Shown: in pieces, positions 1 through 13,245 of the stretch
Layout of the letters: every line of letters starts with the position of its first letter
Position numbering within the stretch: the stretch's first letter is position 1
Assembly: GCA_050084515.1 (NCBI GenBank)
Contig: CM114271.1
Span: 7,316,001 to 7,380,000 of the forward strand
Direction of reading: 5' to 3'
Length of the DNA: 64,000 bases
Source of the DNA: Blasia pusilla
Taxonomy: Eukaryota
Notes under the pieces: generated by a model
The model's database searches: none
Told to the model about the DNA's origin: nothing
Seen by the model: the letters and a program-made list of their open reading frames with translations, nothing else
Made by a program: the position numbers and the translations under genes

Positions 1-1654
1 CCAAGACTACTCCATCATCATGAATATCTCGGCCACCTGTCGTCTCCTCACCGGCCTTGGGATACAAGGACTCTCCACTAGACTTCGCCATCAAAGTCTC
101 CACAGTCTGGCTCTCTATAGCCAACATGCCTAAATAGGCTGAAACGTGCCATCCTCGCACTGACTCCTCATCACTCTCTCCATGCCATCGAGCTCTAGTC
201 GCATCTCACTGACTCTGGCATGGGTTACGACTCAACCCATCTGCATCCTGGTTGAGCATCCCAAGTCTACGTACCACCTAAAAATCATACTCTTGCAACA
301 CCAAAGCCCATCTCGCAAGCTTCCTTGTAAGCTTGTCGGACTACATCAACCACTTCAGTGGTTGATAATCAGTGGTGATGGTAAAGGGGTTGCCGAATAA
401 GTAACACCTAAAATGCACGATAGCCCACACTGTAGCCAAGCACTCGCCCTCATACGAGTTGTACTTCACCTCTACAGCGTTGTTCGAGCGGCTAGCGTAA
501 GCCACCATGAACTTTCTACCCTCATCATCATGTTGGGTGAGCACTGCTCCAAGCCCCAACATGCTCCAATCTGTGAGCAACTGGAAAGGACGCCCCCTGA
601 TCGATCTCCTCAAGATGGGCGCGGACATCAACCTGTCTCTGAGCAACTGAAATGCTCGCTCGTGCTCATCCCCCTAGTGCCACTCGTGATCCACCTTGGT
701 CAGTAAGGTTAAAGGCTTCGCAATCAAACTGAATCCCTTGACGTACCGCTGATAGAAGTTTGCCAATCCCATGAATGCGCGAACACGGCTTAGATCTGTA
801 GGGCATGGAATGCGTGATATAGCCTCTACCTTTGTCTGCTGAACATCAAGGCCACCTGGGTATATTGTATGATCCAAGTACTCAATCTGGTCGTAGAAGA
901 ACTTGCACTTGCCTGGATGTAGCTTCAGCCCATGTAATTGCAATCGTCGAAATACCTCCTCTAGATGTCACTCATGCTGCTCAACCGTGGCACTAAAGAC
1001 TACGATGTCATCAATATTACACCTAGCAAAATTCAGACCATCCAAGATCTTATCCATGACCCTTTGAAATTCAGTCGGGGCATACTTTAAACCAAATGGT
1101 AAGAACGCCACCAGTACAAACAATCCTTCCTGTGAGGATCGATGCCCCAAAATGCCGTCTTCTACCTGTCATCCAATCTGATAGGTAGTTGATGGTATCT
1201 GGCTCGCAAATCCAATGAATTGAAGACCTTTGCGTGACCAATCGCATCAAAGATCTCCTCACGGGTGGGCATGGCATACCTATCGGACTTCGTCTGTCGA
1301 TTGATAGGTCGGTAATCCCCACTTATCCGTCCAATTGCCATCCACATCCTTCTTGGCGGGCATGACAATGGCAGATGCATACTCCCCATGCGACATCTCC
1401 ACTAGTTCTGCTCTGACCAAGTCTTGGCTCCTACTCTGAATCAGAGCCCTCTCCATATCACTGTACTTTTGGCGTACTTGCAAATCATCCCAAGAAGTCC
1501 AAGGGTATCTCTCCCGATCACCCCTGGTGTATCAATCTGCTCGGGTCTCGCCCCTAGCCACTGCCTCAACTATCTCGATAAGCATGGGGCTCACCAACGC
1601 AACAACTATGATGTGTCGTATCCTCAAAAGACGTTGCTCAGCTTCTCCTAAGCT

Positions 1655-2598
1655 AAAAATCCATGTCAAGCAGTTCACGTCCATTGGCTAACCCAAAACA
1701 TGACGTCGTGATGCCTTCGATAGTGACGATACTATCGTCACTCCTGTGGGGAATCCCATCTCTTGCTCTCGCTCATAGGCGTTCGGCTCCACCAACCTCT
1801 GTACCTGGTCATACCAAACCAAGCCAGGTCCGGCCTCCTTGAATGCAGAGAAAGCGGTCGAACTCACCAATGTGGGAAAGGCGGCTTGTGGCATGCTAAT
1901 CATGTTGACCATAGTCAACGGCGGTTGATCATCGTGCCTCACTCCCTATGATCAACGGCCTGGATCTAATATAGAATCTACCAACAAATCAGAGGGATGC
2001 TCCACTCTTGCGTAAGCCCTCCGCAATACCTCATGTGGTACCAAGTTGGTCCATCAAAGATGCGGGCGATGTGCTCGTGAACCCACACTCGCTGGATCTA
2101 ACAACACTACCGGGCCGATCCATGCGCGCACCTGATGTACACTCGTCACCATGCGAGACCTTGAATCGCCCAAAATTGGCACATTCTCCAAAATATATGT
2201 TGGAGAACAATATTGATGCTCATGTAAATGTCGCAAGATCCACTTCATCTCCCAAAACAACATGGATCGAGTATCAGCTAACCCGCTACTTCATCCAACA
2301 CTCGATTGGCCTTGACGCGGCCAACCAGCAATGACCAAGTCTATGGTCCCTACCCGCTCCAAGTCTTGCGCCCCCAACAGTGAAATGTCCCTTGGTAGGG
2401 AACTCTGGTAACCCTGAATGGAGACGCACACAACAAGTCGGGAAAACATAAGCGTAACTGCGCCACATGGTGAAGTGAAGCGCACCTCACAACATCATCA
2501 ATCTCCACATACAGGTACTACTGCACGCGCACTCCAGCGTGCAAAATAGTAGCTAACCCAATGTTGATCCCTCCAAAGAGATCCAACACCCGAATACC
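1655..2598 (-). pseudogene. C5 cytosine methyltransferase domain (DNMT3-like) of element A, frameshifted
   Basis: Motifs in order: IRVLDLFGGI (I), DLVIAGWPRQG (IV, catalytic Cys replaced by Arg), YILENVP (VI), LDPASVGSRAHRPHL*WTNL (VIII), EREQEMGFPTGVT..LSKASRRHVLG (IX/X). Confidence 0.9.
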
Positions 2599-5500
2599 CT
2601 TCTCTGGGATGCACCACACAATCGGGATGGTGTCCAAAGGGGTCATAGCAGCACTCTTTCCTACTTGGAGTTCCTCTAACCAATCACACTCTAGTGCAAA
2701 TGTCTCATTCCACGCTGTCTACACATGCTCAATGGCTAAGCGTCAAAGCTCCTCAGTCAAGCCCCATAGCAGCAACTCTCCTTTACGGAATGATGCGGCT
2801 ACCATAACACTCCTCTCCATATAAATGTCAGGAACGGGAGTATCCTCTGCATGGACATGTCCCTCAATCAAATCACTAGGCCAAGTGATGGCATTACTAA
2901 ATGTTGCTAAGGTCGCCATCTCTCTTGGCCGTTGCTCGATCATTGCACCTGTGAATCGAACGGGTAATGAGATAAGGTGCCCATCACCTGACTACCATCC
3001 TGGTCTGTAGGACGCTGACTCCTTCCAGTTGTCCACGAAAAACCCCATCGGGTATAACATTGCTCCACCAACCAAGACGTCGTAGGACTTTGCATCAGTC
3101 ACTATTGCCTTGGCTCGCACCACGGACTCATCTGTAGGATGTCCCGGGCGAATCCTCACCACGACCTCCTGTCGGGTGATATATTGTGTGGTACTCGCTC
3201 CACCCAAGGATATCTGTATCCGGAATGGACAGCGCTCCACATCGGCTCTCGTCAAGCCCAATCCTCTGAATGACGCTTTCCCCAACATCACGGGTTGCGC
3301 TCTTGAATCCAACAAGACGCGTTGCGGACTAAAAGCTCTACCTCCGGGACTCACCAACTCGAAGACCTCTCCTCGGTTATCCAGCAACACAACACCAAGA
3401 GAAGCCATGGCACACTCTATCGCGGGTTTAGCGGGCATCTCCGCCATCCTAGCAACCGCACCCTGACATAAATCTGAAGTGGACGGCCCAAGCATCCACT
3501 CCAAGGGCAGGTCCATCACCTCCTGTGCAATCACCTCTAGACGTGATGCAAGAACTCCAACTCCGCGCTCACATAGTGAAGCGGCCAGCCAAAAAGCCTC
3601 GGCGGGCATACCCCCCAGCGTCATAACATCGGAAGCAGAAAATAAAGAAGTTGCGATACACAAGGGTGACCATAGAACCCCAACTACTATGTGCTCGAGG
3701 CTTTTTGCCCCTCACTTTTTGGCATCAACAATAGGAGTCGCTTCACTTGTTGAGGCGGTCTTCTCCCATCGCCCTCCGTGCCTGCACACCAACAACATCA
3801 CCAACTCTCGAGGAACTTTGATGAGGACCCATCGATGGGATCCTCATCATTTCGTACAACGTGAAAGACTGAGGAAGCCTAGTCTGTTTTCTGGATTCCC
3901 CTTGTTGTGAATCCAACTCTACAATTACTCCACGGGTCACAAGTCCGGCGGCCTCCATTTGGGCTACCCCGCACATCCAACCAGGATCCTCCATATCTCT
4001 GGCTGCTCCATATGATGTTGATGCCACGGATCCGGAATCGGGTAACCTCAATGCCATAGTAGCAATCAGATATTGTAGCTGCTGTATCTGAGCAGCCATC
4101 CCATCCTCACGTCCGGCGTCTCCCTCGGCCCATCTAGGTGGTGGTACTCTACCTTCTCCACGGGCAGCTCCACCACCCTGTCGGGCAACACCAGCTCCTT
4201 ATCCCCCAACGGGACCACCTGTTGCACGATCTCTAGGCCCACCCGGACCGGCTACTCGCTCTAGTGCCCTCTATGGCCCTCGGTCCGGACGTAACTCAGG
4301 ATGTAAACTGAAATACTAGGCGCGTGTATGACCATACCTCTAACAATAGTCATACTCATAACCTCTTGGTCCAGCACCATCTCCTCCTCCATGATGAGGC
4401 ACACATCCATAATCCTGACGAGTGCAATGGGGCTGATGATGGGCTCCACCATATGACCAACAAGTAATAGTAGGCGACTGCTGCTAAGTCGCATATGAAG
4501 GTGCAGGTCTGTGTGGCACGGCCTCCGGATATCCTCCTTGAGCTCGTGGTGCCATAGTTGACCTATCTCGGAGTCCACGTTATTGCACAGGTGGTGCAAC
4601 CAATCGTGACTCCTCTTGCCCGGAACCCATGGTGGCTACGCTCTCCTCCCCCATGTTGCGCTCAATGTTCTCGGTGGTCCTAAAAACATCTCTCAATGTG
4701 GGGGAGGTGTTCATAAGAAGCACCCGCACCCGTGTCCGCAGGGTCCGGTCCAACATCGCGTACCATGACTGGATAGCCTAAGCCTTCGTCACCCTTTGAG
4801 TGACGTTGATCAACCAATGCAAGCAAGTGTAAGCCTCACGTAAACTCTCATCCAGGCGCCTCTGGAAGTCGTGGATGCTCCGCAACTTCTCCGTCCATAC
4901 TCCTTGGTAGCTGGCCCTCAACTCAACAAAGAACTCAACCACGGGGTTGAACTTAGGACAAACCCGACTAGATGGTCCAAGTGCTCCCGTGTAAGTGACC
5001 CCTCCTAAAACATCACTAGTGGAAGAGGAAGTATCCTCTCTTGACTCCTCCTCCTCATCTGGGAACGGCTCCGTCCATGACACATAGTGTGGGTCATAGT
5101 AGAGTCGCCATGCCTCAATCTCCTAGGCATATCTGTGGGAGAACTCATGGTAATCGTCCATGGGCGCCCCCTCTAAATGGTGGAACATACCGTTCCATGC
5201 TGTAAACGGGTTGAACTCTCTAGAGGTCCTGACCCGCAGGGGGTCGCACCAACTCCTAGACTCTGCTATGAAATCATGCAACTCAATCGTGCCTACTACA
5301 CCTGAAAACCTACGCGGTCTTCTATCCCGGTCATCCATCTTGTACGCCCAACTGGTAGGACCACTCACAATGTATGGCGATGTGCTCACAAACTCCTCTA
5401 CACACTCCTCCTTGTCTGACGATGACACAGAAGGAGGTTGAGGTGGTCCCTCACGTGGAGACCCTCAGAACCTCTTGCCACTCCGCGTAAAACCTCTAGA

Positions 5501-7089
5501 GCTACTCTCGGGTTCACCACCTTGCCTCTCAAAGTCTCGAATGGACGCCGTGATGACCCTCGTGCCCCTCTCACCCGATCACTCCCAACCTCGTGAGTAA
5601 TCCCTCAATCACTCATCCCAAAAATACGTCACTCGATCTACACTCTCCCTCCTCTAGACATGTAGCGTGCGGTAACACGCGGCGTTGTGCGGAAAATTCA
5701 CCAGACTATCATCTCATCGACAACCTACCCTCAACTCCGGACATCCCACACAAGTCTATGTCCCCTAAACCACATACATGAATGATGCTCTCAACATCCA
5801 TACAACCCAATGTCCCCAAATAAACTATCCAAATATCATAATCCCTCACACGTGGAGGGTAAAGGACCAGAATGGGTAACCTGAACACATGTCAATGTCG
5901 CTCCTCAACAACTGCAAATCTCAACCCCAATTTGGTCGTGAAGACAACTCCTCCAATCAGCAAGTTGTACTCCTCTGGTACTGACGCTCCTCAACCTCCT
6001 TGATGTGCGGTGCAAGTCGAGCGGTCCGGTGCGGCACTAGCGGCACGGAACGGCTACAAAACAGCACAGCACTTGGCGGCATATCCTCCTCAATCAGCAA
6101 TTCACACGCTCTGCTCCTTAGTGAAGGAGCGGTTCCGTGATCAAGATGGTGCGGTGCGGCCACGAGCGGCACGGCACAGCAATCGGCGGTGCGTTGCGGC
6201 TACAGGCATTACGGCACGGTACTTGTTCGTCATCGATCGGCTACCAATCACAACATAGCAGCAAGAAATCAAAACTCAAACACCACAATCGGAGGTCATT
6301 TGCTATCAGTGGTTGATGACAAAACAGCGATGACGGTTGCGTCCAAAACAAAGTACGTGGTGGCAACGCAAGTCAGAGAATCAACTAACGTCGTGGAAGA
6401 TCCTCCACTCCCTAATGGCGGCAATGGCAACCAAAGGGTGGACGACGGACGGTGGATCATTGATGGTGACGGTTGACCATCGACGGCGGACTTTTGACGG
6501 TGCCTATGATGGTAACGGCCGCTGTTGGCATGGCGGCTGGTTTAGGGTTTGAACAATTTAACCCTAAAAATTCCCTAACAATGGCAGTTTTGCAAGATTG
6601 ACCATAACTTTTTGCTCGCAACTCCAAATTACGCATTGTTTGTTGCACAAGAGGCACAACTTCATAATCTACGACAACGTCAAAAATATTTAGAATCAAA
6701 CATTCCATTAAAAAATGACGGGGACTGTCATAAAGCCTAATGTCTCTTCCTCCTACATAATATTCGGCAGCGCTTGCGCAGTGATTTCTCCCGACGAAAA
6801 TGTAAAACCTATAAAATTACAAATTAGCAAGCTACATGGTGCTCCGAAGAGCACCGGCATAGGGCAACCCGCCCCCATAATCAATCCCTATCAGAAATTG
6901 GGCAGCGCTTCCGTGCGCCACTCTTCCACACGAAAAAACGGCAAATGCAAAGAACAATCAAAGGAGCCCTTGCTCCGGTCAGCACTCCCATGAGCCGTTG
7001 AACAGGGAACACAGTCCTCAACCTGCAAAAACAGGGAGCGACGAGCAAGCTCTCCCTTGAAGCTCTCTCACTCTCTCATTCTCCCTTTG

Positions 7090-7574
7090 TAAAGTAAGAT
7101 CCAATATCTCTACACCATCTCACACCATAGCTCTCAAAGGTGTGCACTCTCTTAATGAAAGGCTTGGGTTACACTCACAAGGAAAGGGACCATAGCTCCG
7201 CCGCCTCATGCCAAGAGGTTCAACAAAGAGAGAATGAGCTCTCAAGCTCTCTCTCCTTGAGGTATACCCCCTTCCCTCTCCCAAGCCCTCTCAACGATAA
7301 CCTATGCTCGCAGGTCACCTCCTTCGCTCTTGACCAGCTGTAGCGGGTCAAGGGCCACTTCCCAAAGTGTAAAGTCAACTATCCCCAACATGGAAACTTA
7401 CCCAAAATAGTAAGTTTTGCTATATGGCTCCAAATGAGCCGAAACGAAGGGGAAACCTGCTCTCTCAGGTTTCCTGGGGCCTGAACAAGTCATCCTCGAC
7501 CTCCTGGGCGTGTCCTCCACTACTTGTGCAGACGCTCTGCTAGATCCCACCGATCTATCCTAACAGTCGTGACA
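7090..7574 (-). repeat. 5' terminal 'A' repeat of element A (same subfamily as element C's A repeat)
   Basis: Aligns by eye with 43845-43924 plus 53519-53953, and with 21965-22152. It is not preceded by a B repeat and not followed by a canonical PBS. Confidence 0.85.
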
Positions 7575-7604
7575 CTGTAGGTAATATGGTAAGATAAAAA
7601 AAAA

Positions 7605-7900
7605 TTGCGCCTACTCCCCGTGAACGTTGGTCTAAAGTATTGCAAAAGCGTACACTCAATGCTCTCCTTATTGATCTACATCCAAACACACTCATGTTAG
7701 CTTATATTTGGGTCAACCGGTCCTACACATCAATCCCAAGTCCAGGACTTGTGCTATCCTTCAAGCTCAAAATATCTAAGTAGAGTCAGATATAGACCTA
7801 ATCCCTCACTCCGCAATACAAGCAAGTCCTTCAAGATTTGGGACACACTTCCTTGCTTGGCCCGCTAATAGGCTTAACGGACAAAGAAAATACAATAGGA
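7605..7900 (-). repeat. Diverged LTR fragment related to the LTR of element D
   Basis: tgcgcctactccccgtgaacgtt...tgatctacatccaaacac resembles 55588-55680 (tgcgcctactctccttgaacgtt...tgatctgcatcctaacac). The distal boundary is approximate. Confidence 0.5.
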
Positions 7901-9033
7901 CGCAACCAATGGTGATTATCCAGCTAGGAGGGAAGGCAAGCCCGACGCACACTAGAATGTAGATGCCCGAAAATGTAAGATGGGTTGTTGGGTTGAGGTG
8001 CAGGTTGGCTGTGCAAGATTGTGTTGTGCGAGCGGCGCGGCCCGCACAAATATATTCGTCCTTGGGACGTACGGAAGTTTGCCAATACGGGCATGACTAC
8101 TTGTAGCGTGAACTCAACATATCCCATTGATTATATTAAACTTGGGTTTATTTTTTACTTTAAGATCTATGAATTTCGTGTCTTTTCTGTTTTTGCTATT
8201 ATATGACTATGGATAAGTCTCAAGGTTAGACCTTCCAAAAAATGGTAGATACGAGTCGATATATGTACTTTTCTCATGGCCAATTATATGTGGCCTTATG
8301 TAGGGTAGGTTCTAGGATTTTGATCATTATGATGATTTAGAGCGAACATATGATGAGCAAAAAAAATTTACTCACAATTTTATGTATAAAATTTTTTTAC
8401 CAAAATAATAATTTCAAATTCGTTTAAAAAATCACACTAAGTTTGTTGTATAAGCACTCATATCATAAACAAAATTTTCAAGAGAGATTAAATTTTATCA
8501 ATATAGAAGGAGAATAATTTTATTTGGGTATCACATGGACATTCTTTTGTTCTCCATGAGGAAAATCCATCTAATTTTTTTTCTGAAATTTCATGCACTT
8601 TTTGTCTTTGTTTTAAATTCGGATTTTCCCCATATATTTAATATCTTCCATATTTATTAATTTAAAAAAACCCAAATAACAAATCATCTAAAAATAGAAA
8701 AATCCCTCTATTAATGACCGCCCTCTTCAATTACCTTCACCTTCCTTATTTTGGAAAAAGAAATTACTTTCACTTCTGAAATTAGTTTCTTAACCAATCC
8801 TTTGTGAAACTTTATCTCAAGGTACTAGCCTCATAATAATATATTGTCACACAATGATAATCTATATTATTATTTCAAGATGGCTCCTTGATTTTCAAAC
8901 TTCTTCATATTTACATCTACACCCAGGAAATACGATTGATCCAAATTGATTTAACATGTTAAATCATTCGATTATGTAGTATTATTGATCAGTTATTTTG
9001 ATGGATCATTCAAAATCACACATTATTTTTAAT

Positions 9034-9085
9034 CCCACGCATCTCACGGACACTGACTAGTCTATATTATTGCAAAAGGAGCTCT
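9034..9085 (+). mobile_element. Possible Helitron 3' end (degenerate hairpin + CTAG) abutting a Helitron-like 5' start (TCTATATTATT)
   Basis: cccacgcatctcacggacactgaCTAG|TCtatattatt within AT-rich non-coding DNA. Confidence 0.4.
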
Positions 9086-12000
9086 TGTGTAGGTGACATG
9101 GATCCTTTAAGGACATGTATGAAAGTGACTTGTTCCATTTTAAGGCAAAAAATAAATAAATTTTAAGTTGGTGAAAGGGTGGTTAATTTCAACAAAATTA
9201 AGGTTTACTAGCAAGGGAGGGAGATTCTTCAGATTTTTTATTTTATGCATTTTGGGATAAACATAACATTTACTAAAATTTCCAATTTTTTATCTTTGAT
9301 GTAAGACAATTATATTTCTTAAAAATATTAAGGGGTAATAAATTTTTTTAATTCATCAAAATTCATTCTTCTTAAGTTTTAAACTCCATTAAATTTTGAA
9401 ATTATAACAAATTTGAGCATTTATAGGATAGATAAATTCCTCTTCAAGATTGAATTTTTTTTTTTAAAATCTCAAACCCAGAAACATGGTCGCACAAAAA
9501 CAAACATGTCTGTCCCGAGGTGAACATGGACGGAGAAGTTTAGAGATGTCCATGGACATGGATTGCAAGAGGTGGGACATACAATTATAACTATTGATGA
9601 AAGGCATATCAAGGGCAAGAAGGGAAATAAGGAAGGTGGAGGGAAGCAGAAACTGGAGAATATGGAACATGAAGACAAGTGAGGGGAATGAGAAAGAATA
9701 TGAAAGTGGGGCCCACATGGACAAGTCCTTCCATAGGACGTACGTAAGTCACGGACATGAACATGTTCGTGACTTACGTACAGACTTTGTCCATAAGCAA
9801 CTCTGGCCAAAAAGATGTACAAATATTTCCATAACTTATCATGCATTCATCTAGCTTTTTTTTAATCTTCTTTTCATTTTTCTCTTCATCTTTTTAAAAA
9901 TAAATAAATTTATCCCTACAATATTTTATGTTTCCTATTTAATTTTCATTTTTTTTAATTAGATTAGCATTGAGCAAAAAATACAAATAAATATATCTTG
10001 TTAACAGAATAGAGAATATTTGGAACTAACTTCTAATATTCATCATGAGTATTACTCGGCTAGTAATTCGAATTCATATTCTATTAATTAGATAAACTTA
10101 ATTTTTCTCTCTCCAAAGGTGATATATTCTTCTCAACAATTATTTGAATTTTTGGGATTCTAAGCGGAGGAATATTTCCAAAGTATCAACTTACAAGAAT
10201 TGACTCAGAGATGTGATTCCATCAAGATAACCATTGTTACTCTTTTCTAAGTTATAAACGATTCTCCCATTTTCTTTCTTTTAATTTTATGGATCTTTCT
10301 TTGTTTCTTGTTTGATGGGTCTCTTATCTCTTTTTACATATGATCAATACCTTTTCCTATCTTCCAAGTTACCATAAAAATATTACGAAAAGCACCATCA
10401 TTTCTCAAAATTTCACCAACAAATCCATTCTTCATTATTCAATCTTAAGATATTATAAGAGAGACTTTAACGCTTTATGCTTATATTAGGCTTCTCTTAT
10501 AAAGAACACCTATATTTCAATCAAATGTTTCTTCTTATATGTGGGCTTTTTTCCTTCTTCTTTTTTCATGATTCTTTTCCCACTTTCTTATCATCTTATG
10601 ATTCAAATATCTTGTATTTCATATCTATCTTGTCCTTTTCTTTTATCATTTTCCTTTCCACTTTTATATATTTATATATATATCTCTCTCTTTTCCCCAC
10701 CTACCCTAAATTAGTTTATGTGTATTTGAGTGACATTTATAGAACCCTTAATCGAATAATTTCTTATAAATTTGATATGCTAAGGAACCCTCTTTTAAAT
10801 AAGGAAAACCAATCAAAAAATACATGTTAAAATTGGACTTAAATTTAATAAGATCTTAAATTCGTTTCTATTCATATTAATTATTTATTTCTGATAAAAA
10901 TATTTTCAAGTTTTAAATAAGTTAGATTCTAGCCAGGGATAATCTAGGGTGAAAATTATCTTTTTGTCATAAAATTGACTCTTATCATACTTTAAGAGGC
11001 GAGTCATTTTTCCCAGTCTATTCAAAACAAAATTCCATGTAACTAATCTTTCTTTAAATATCTAGTTAATGGCAAGGGGAAAAAGACACATGAAGTAAGT
11101 CTAAGGGAAAAAATAGTGTGAATATATTAGATTTAACGATGAGAAAAGGACAACATAAAAAGAAGAATATCTAAGAACTCCATATAACTAAAAATAAGAA
11201 TATAAAGTCCACCAACAATAATGGTTTCAAAGGCTAACCAAAACAACTATGAGTAGCTTACTTAAAAATAAAAGGGAATCATGCCTAATAGCTCACATGC
11301 CCAAAAATAGATAAGGATTCCAATTATTTTATTTTTTTTATGAATAGTGTTCCTTCATGATAGTGAATTAATTCAATAACAAGTGTCTTATCATCACAAT
11401 GGTGACTCCAAAATAATGGCTCCGAAATAAATGAGTTTTTCTTATTTCTATAGGTAAATGCATGTGTAACTTGTCGTGGGCATACATATCGCAACATTGC
11501 CTACATCATTCACATGCATACACTAACATAACATTGACATGACAGAAAATATATGCATATCACATCCATATGTACACCATCACATATGAAGACTACTAAA
11601 TCAAAATTATATGAGAAACACAATGTTATCCAATAACATTGAATAATTGTCAAGCCAAACCCACTCAAAACGTGAGGGAATATAGGTCTAGTGCATGTTG
11701 ATAACACCTTACCCTAGCCTCTACTACGAAGACTCAATTTCGGAAAGATAATTCTCTCCAAACCTCTTGGAGTATAGCCCTCTCAAGGCCCCCACAACTC
11801 CAAGAAGATGATATGTGCACACACATTACATACACAATATGTTTCAACATAATAAAGAAAGTCCAAAAACCTCAAAGAACGTCCAAGGAAAGCTCCCGGA
11901 GGTTGCCATGTGCACACAAGTCGTCAAACCACACCAGTTGGTCACTCTTGACCTCTCTATATATAAGTACACACAAAGCTTTCTTATTGGGGCCTATTAT

Positions 12001-12675
12001 TTACTCTTGCTCTTAACTAAACATATCATGAAAAATTCTAAGACAAGTAAGTTCTTAGGAGGCGATTTAAGATAGAAAAGAAGAAGGATTTCCTCTTTAA
12101 GATAAGGAGATGATGAATTTAAGAAGAGTACAATGGGGATCTGAATTTTATTATACTAGTTAGGACCCGTAAGGGCCCGTGCCTATGTAGAAGTCCCTAT
12201 AATTCATATTTCCATGTTTATCTAACCCCATTCACGTGAAAAAATTCTTTTTCATCACATTAGGAATTAAGAGTGGGATTAAGGGAGGGGAGTGAATTAA
12301 TTTTCCCAAAAATAAGGAAGATGAAGCGATTCAAAAATTTCTTTTAATACGGGGTCTTTCTTCTTCTCTATCTAAAACAAAGAAGTAGGTTGTAGAGTTC
12401 AACCTTTTCTCCTCCTTACTTCATTCCAAATCACTCTTGACCCTCAGCTTTGCATGTGGAATTTTTGGGTTAATTCTCGAAGATCCAATTAGTTTAGCCT
12501 TATGTATGTAGTCGATAAGTCGAGAAGCGCTAATCAAGTTTGAATATCCCCAAGTGCAAATATTCTCCCTAGGAAACGTCTTACCCAAGCCTTGACCAAT
12601 ACATCCAAGTTGCTTCCCTATACCAAAGTGTTTAGGGCACAATTTATCACGGGACTTATGCAAGGCAAGACGGGC

Positions 12676-13030
12676 TGTAACTCTCCAGCTGACGGAACCA
12701 CTCTAGAGTTGCTCAACGGTAGAATGCCCCTCGAGGCCTCTCCTCTTCCTTTGTATACTTAGATATAGGTACAATGAAGATAAATTAGCTCTATCTATAC
12801 TTATGTTACGTGTCTTACTCTCATAACATGAGAGAATCTCTTTTGGACTCTAATGTCCCAACCTCATCTTCCTCAACCTCATCCTTATCTTCATTTTCAC
12901 TAACCTATGGCCCCACTCTCATCTTTATCTCATGTATCTTGTCTTTTTCTCTTTTTGGTTGATTCTTTTCCACTTATGCACTTCATGTCATAGATTCTAA
13001 CTTAACTATCACTAACAAAGGATGGTTACA
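12676..13030 (-). repeat. 3' LTR of element E
   Basis: 355-bp direct repeat of 18462-18815 with TG..CA ends. Confidence 0.96.
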
Positions 13031-13074
13031 AATATCCTCCCATTTGAGACATAACATCCTTGTTATGAGAACTT

Positions 13075-13245
13075 TCAAACTCTTGCACTATTAGTGGTGC
13101 GTTGGCCAAGTTGGCTAAGGGTTCCCATGTGGCCTCAAATAGTGGATATCCTTTCTATTGGACCAAGTATTCAACTTGTTGGTAATGAGCTCCTCGAGTG
13201 CGTTTCTTCAAGATACATTCCACTTCAAATTCTTCATGATCTTCT
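13075..13245 (-). pseudogene. Chromodomain at the integrase C-terminus of element E
   Basis: EEFEVECILKKRTRGAHYQQVEYLVQ*KGYPLFEATWEPLANLANAPLIVQEFE. Confidence 0.9.

Larger units (their letters stand above)
1..7574 (-). mobile_element. Element A: degenerate Gypsy-like retrotransposon with DNMT3-type methyltransferase (gag-PR-DNMT-RT-RH); 3' part runs off the window
   Basis: Minus-strand ORF fragments are colinear with element B: gag ~4100-5430, protease VLLDSRAQP (2992-3400), DNMT 1655-2598, RT (DYRPINRQT, LDLRARYHQL, PFGLK, NIDDIVVFS), RNase H (TDWS..GLGAVL, 341-646). The 5' terminus reads TGTCACG at 7574 on the minus strand. Confidence 0.93.
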
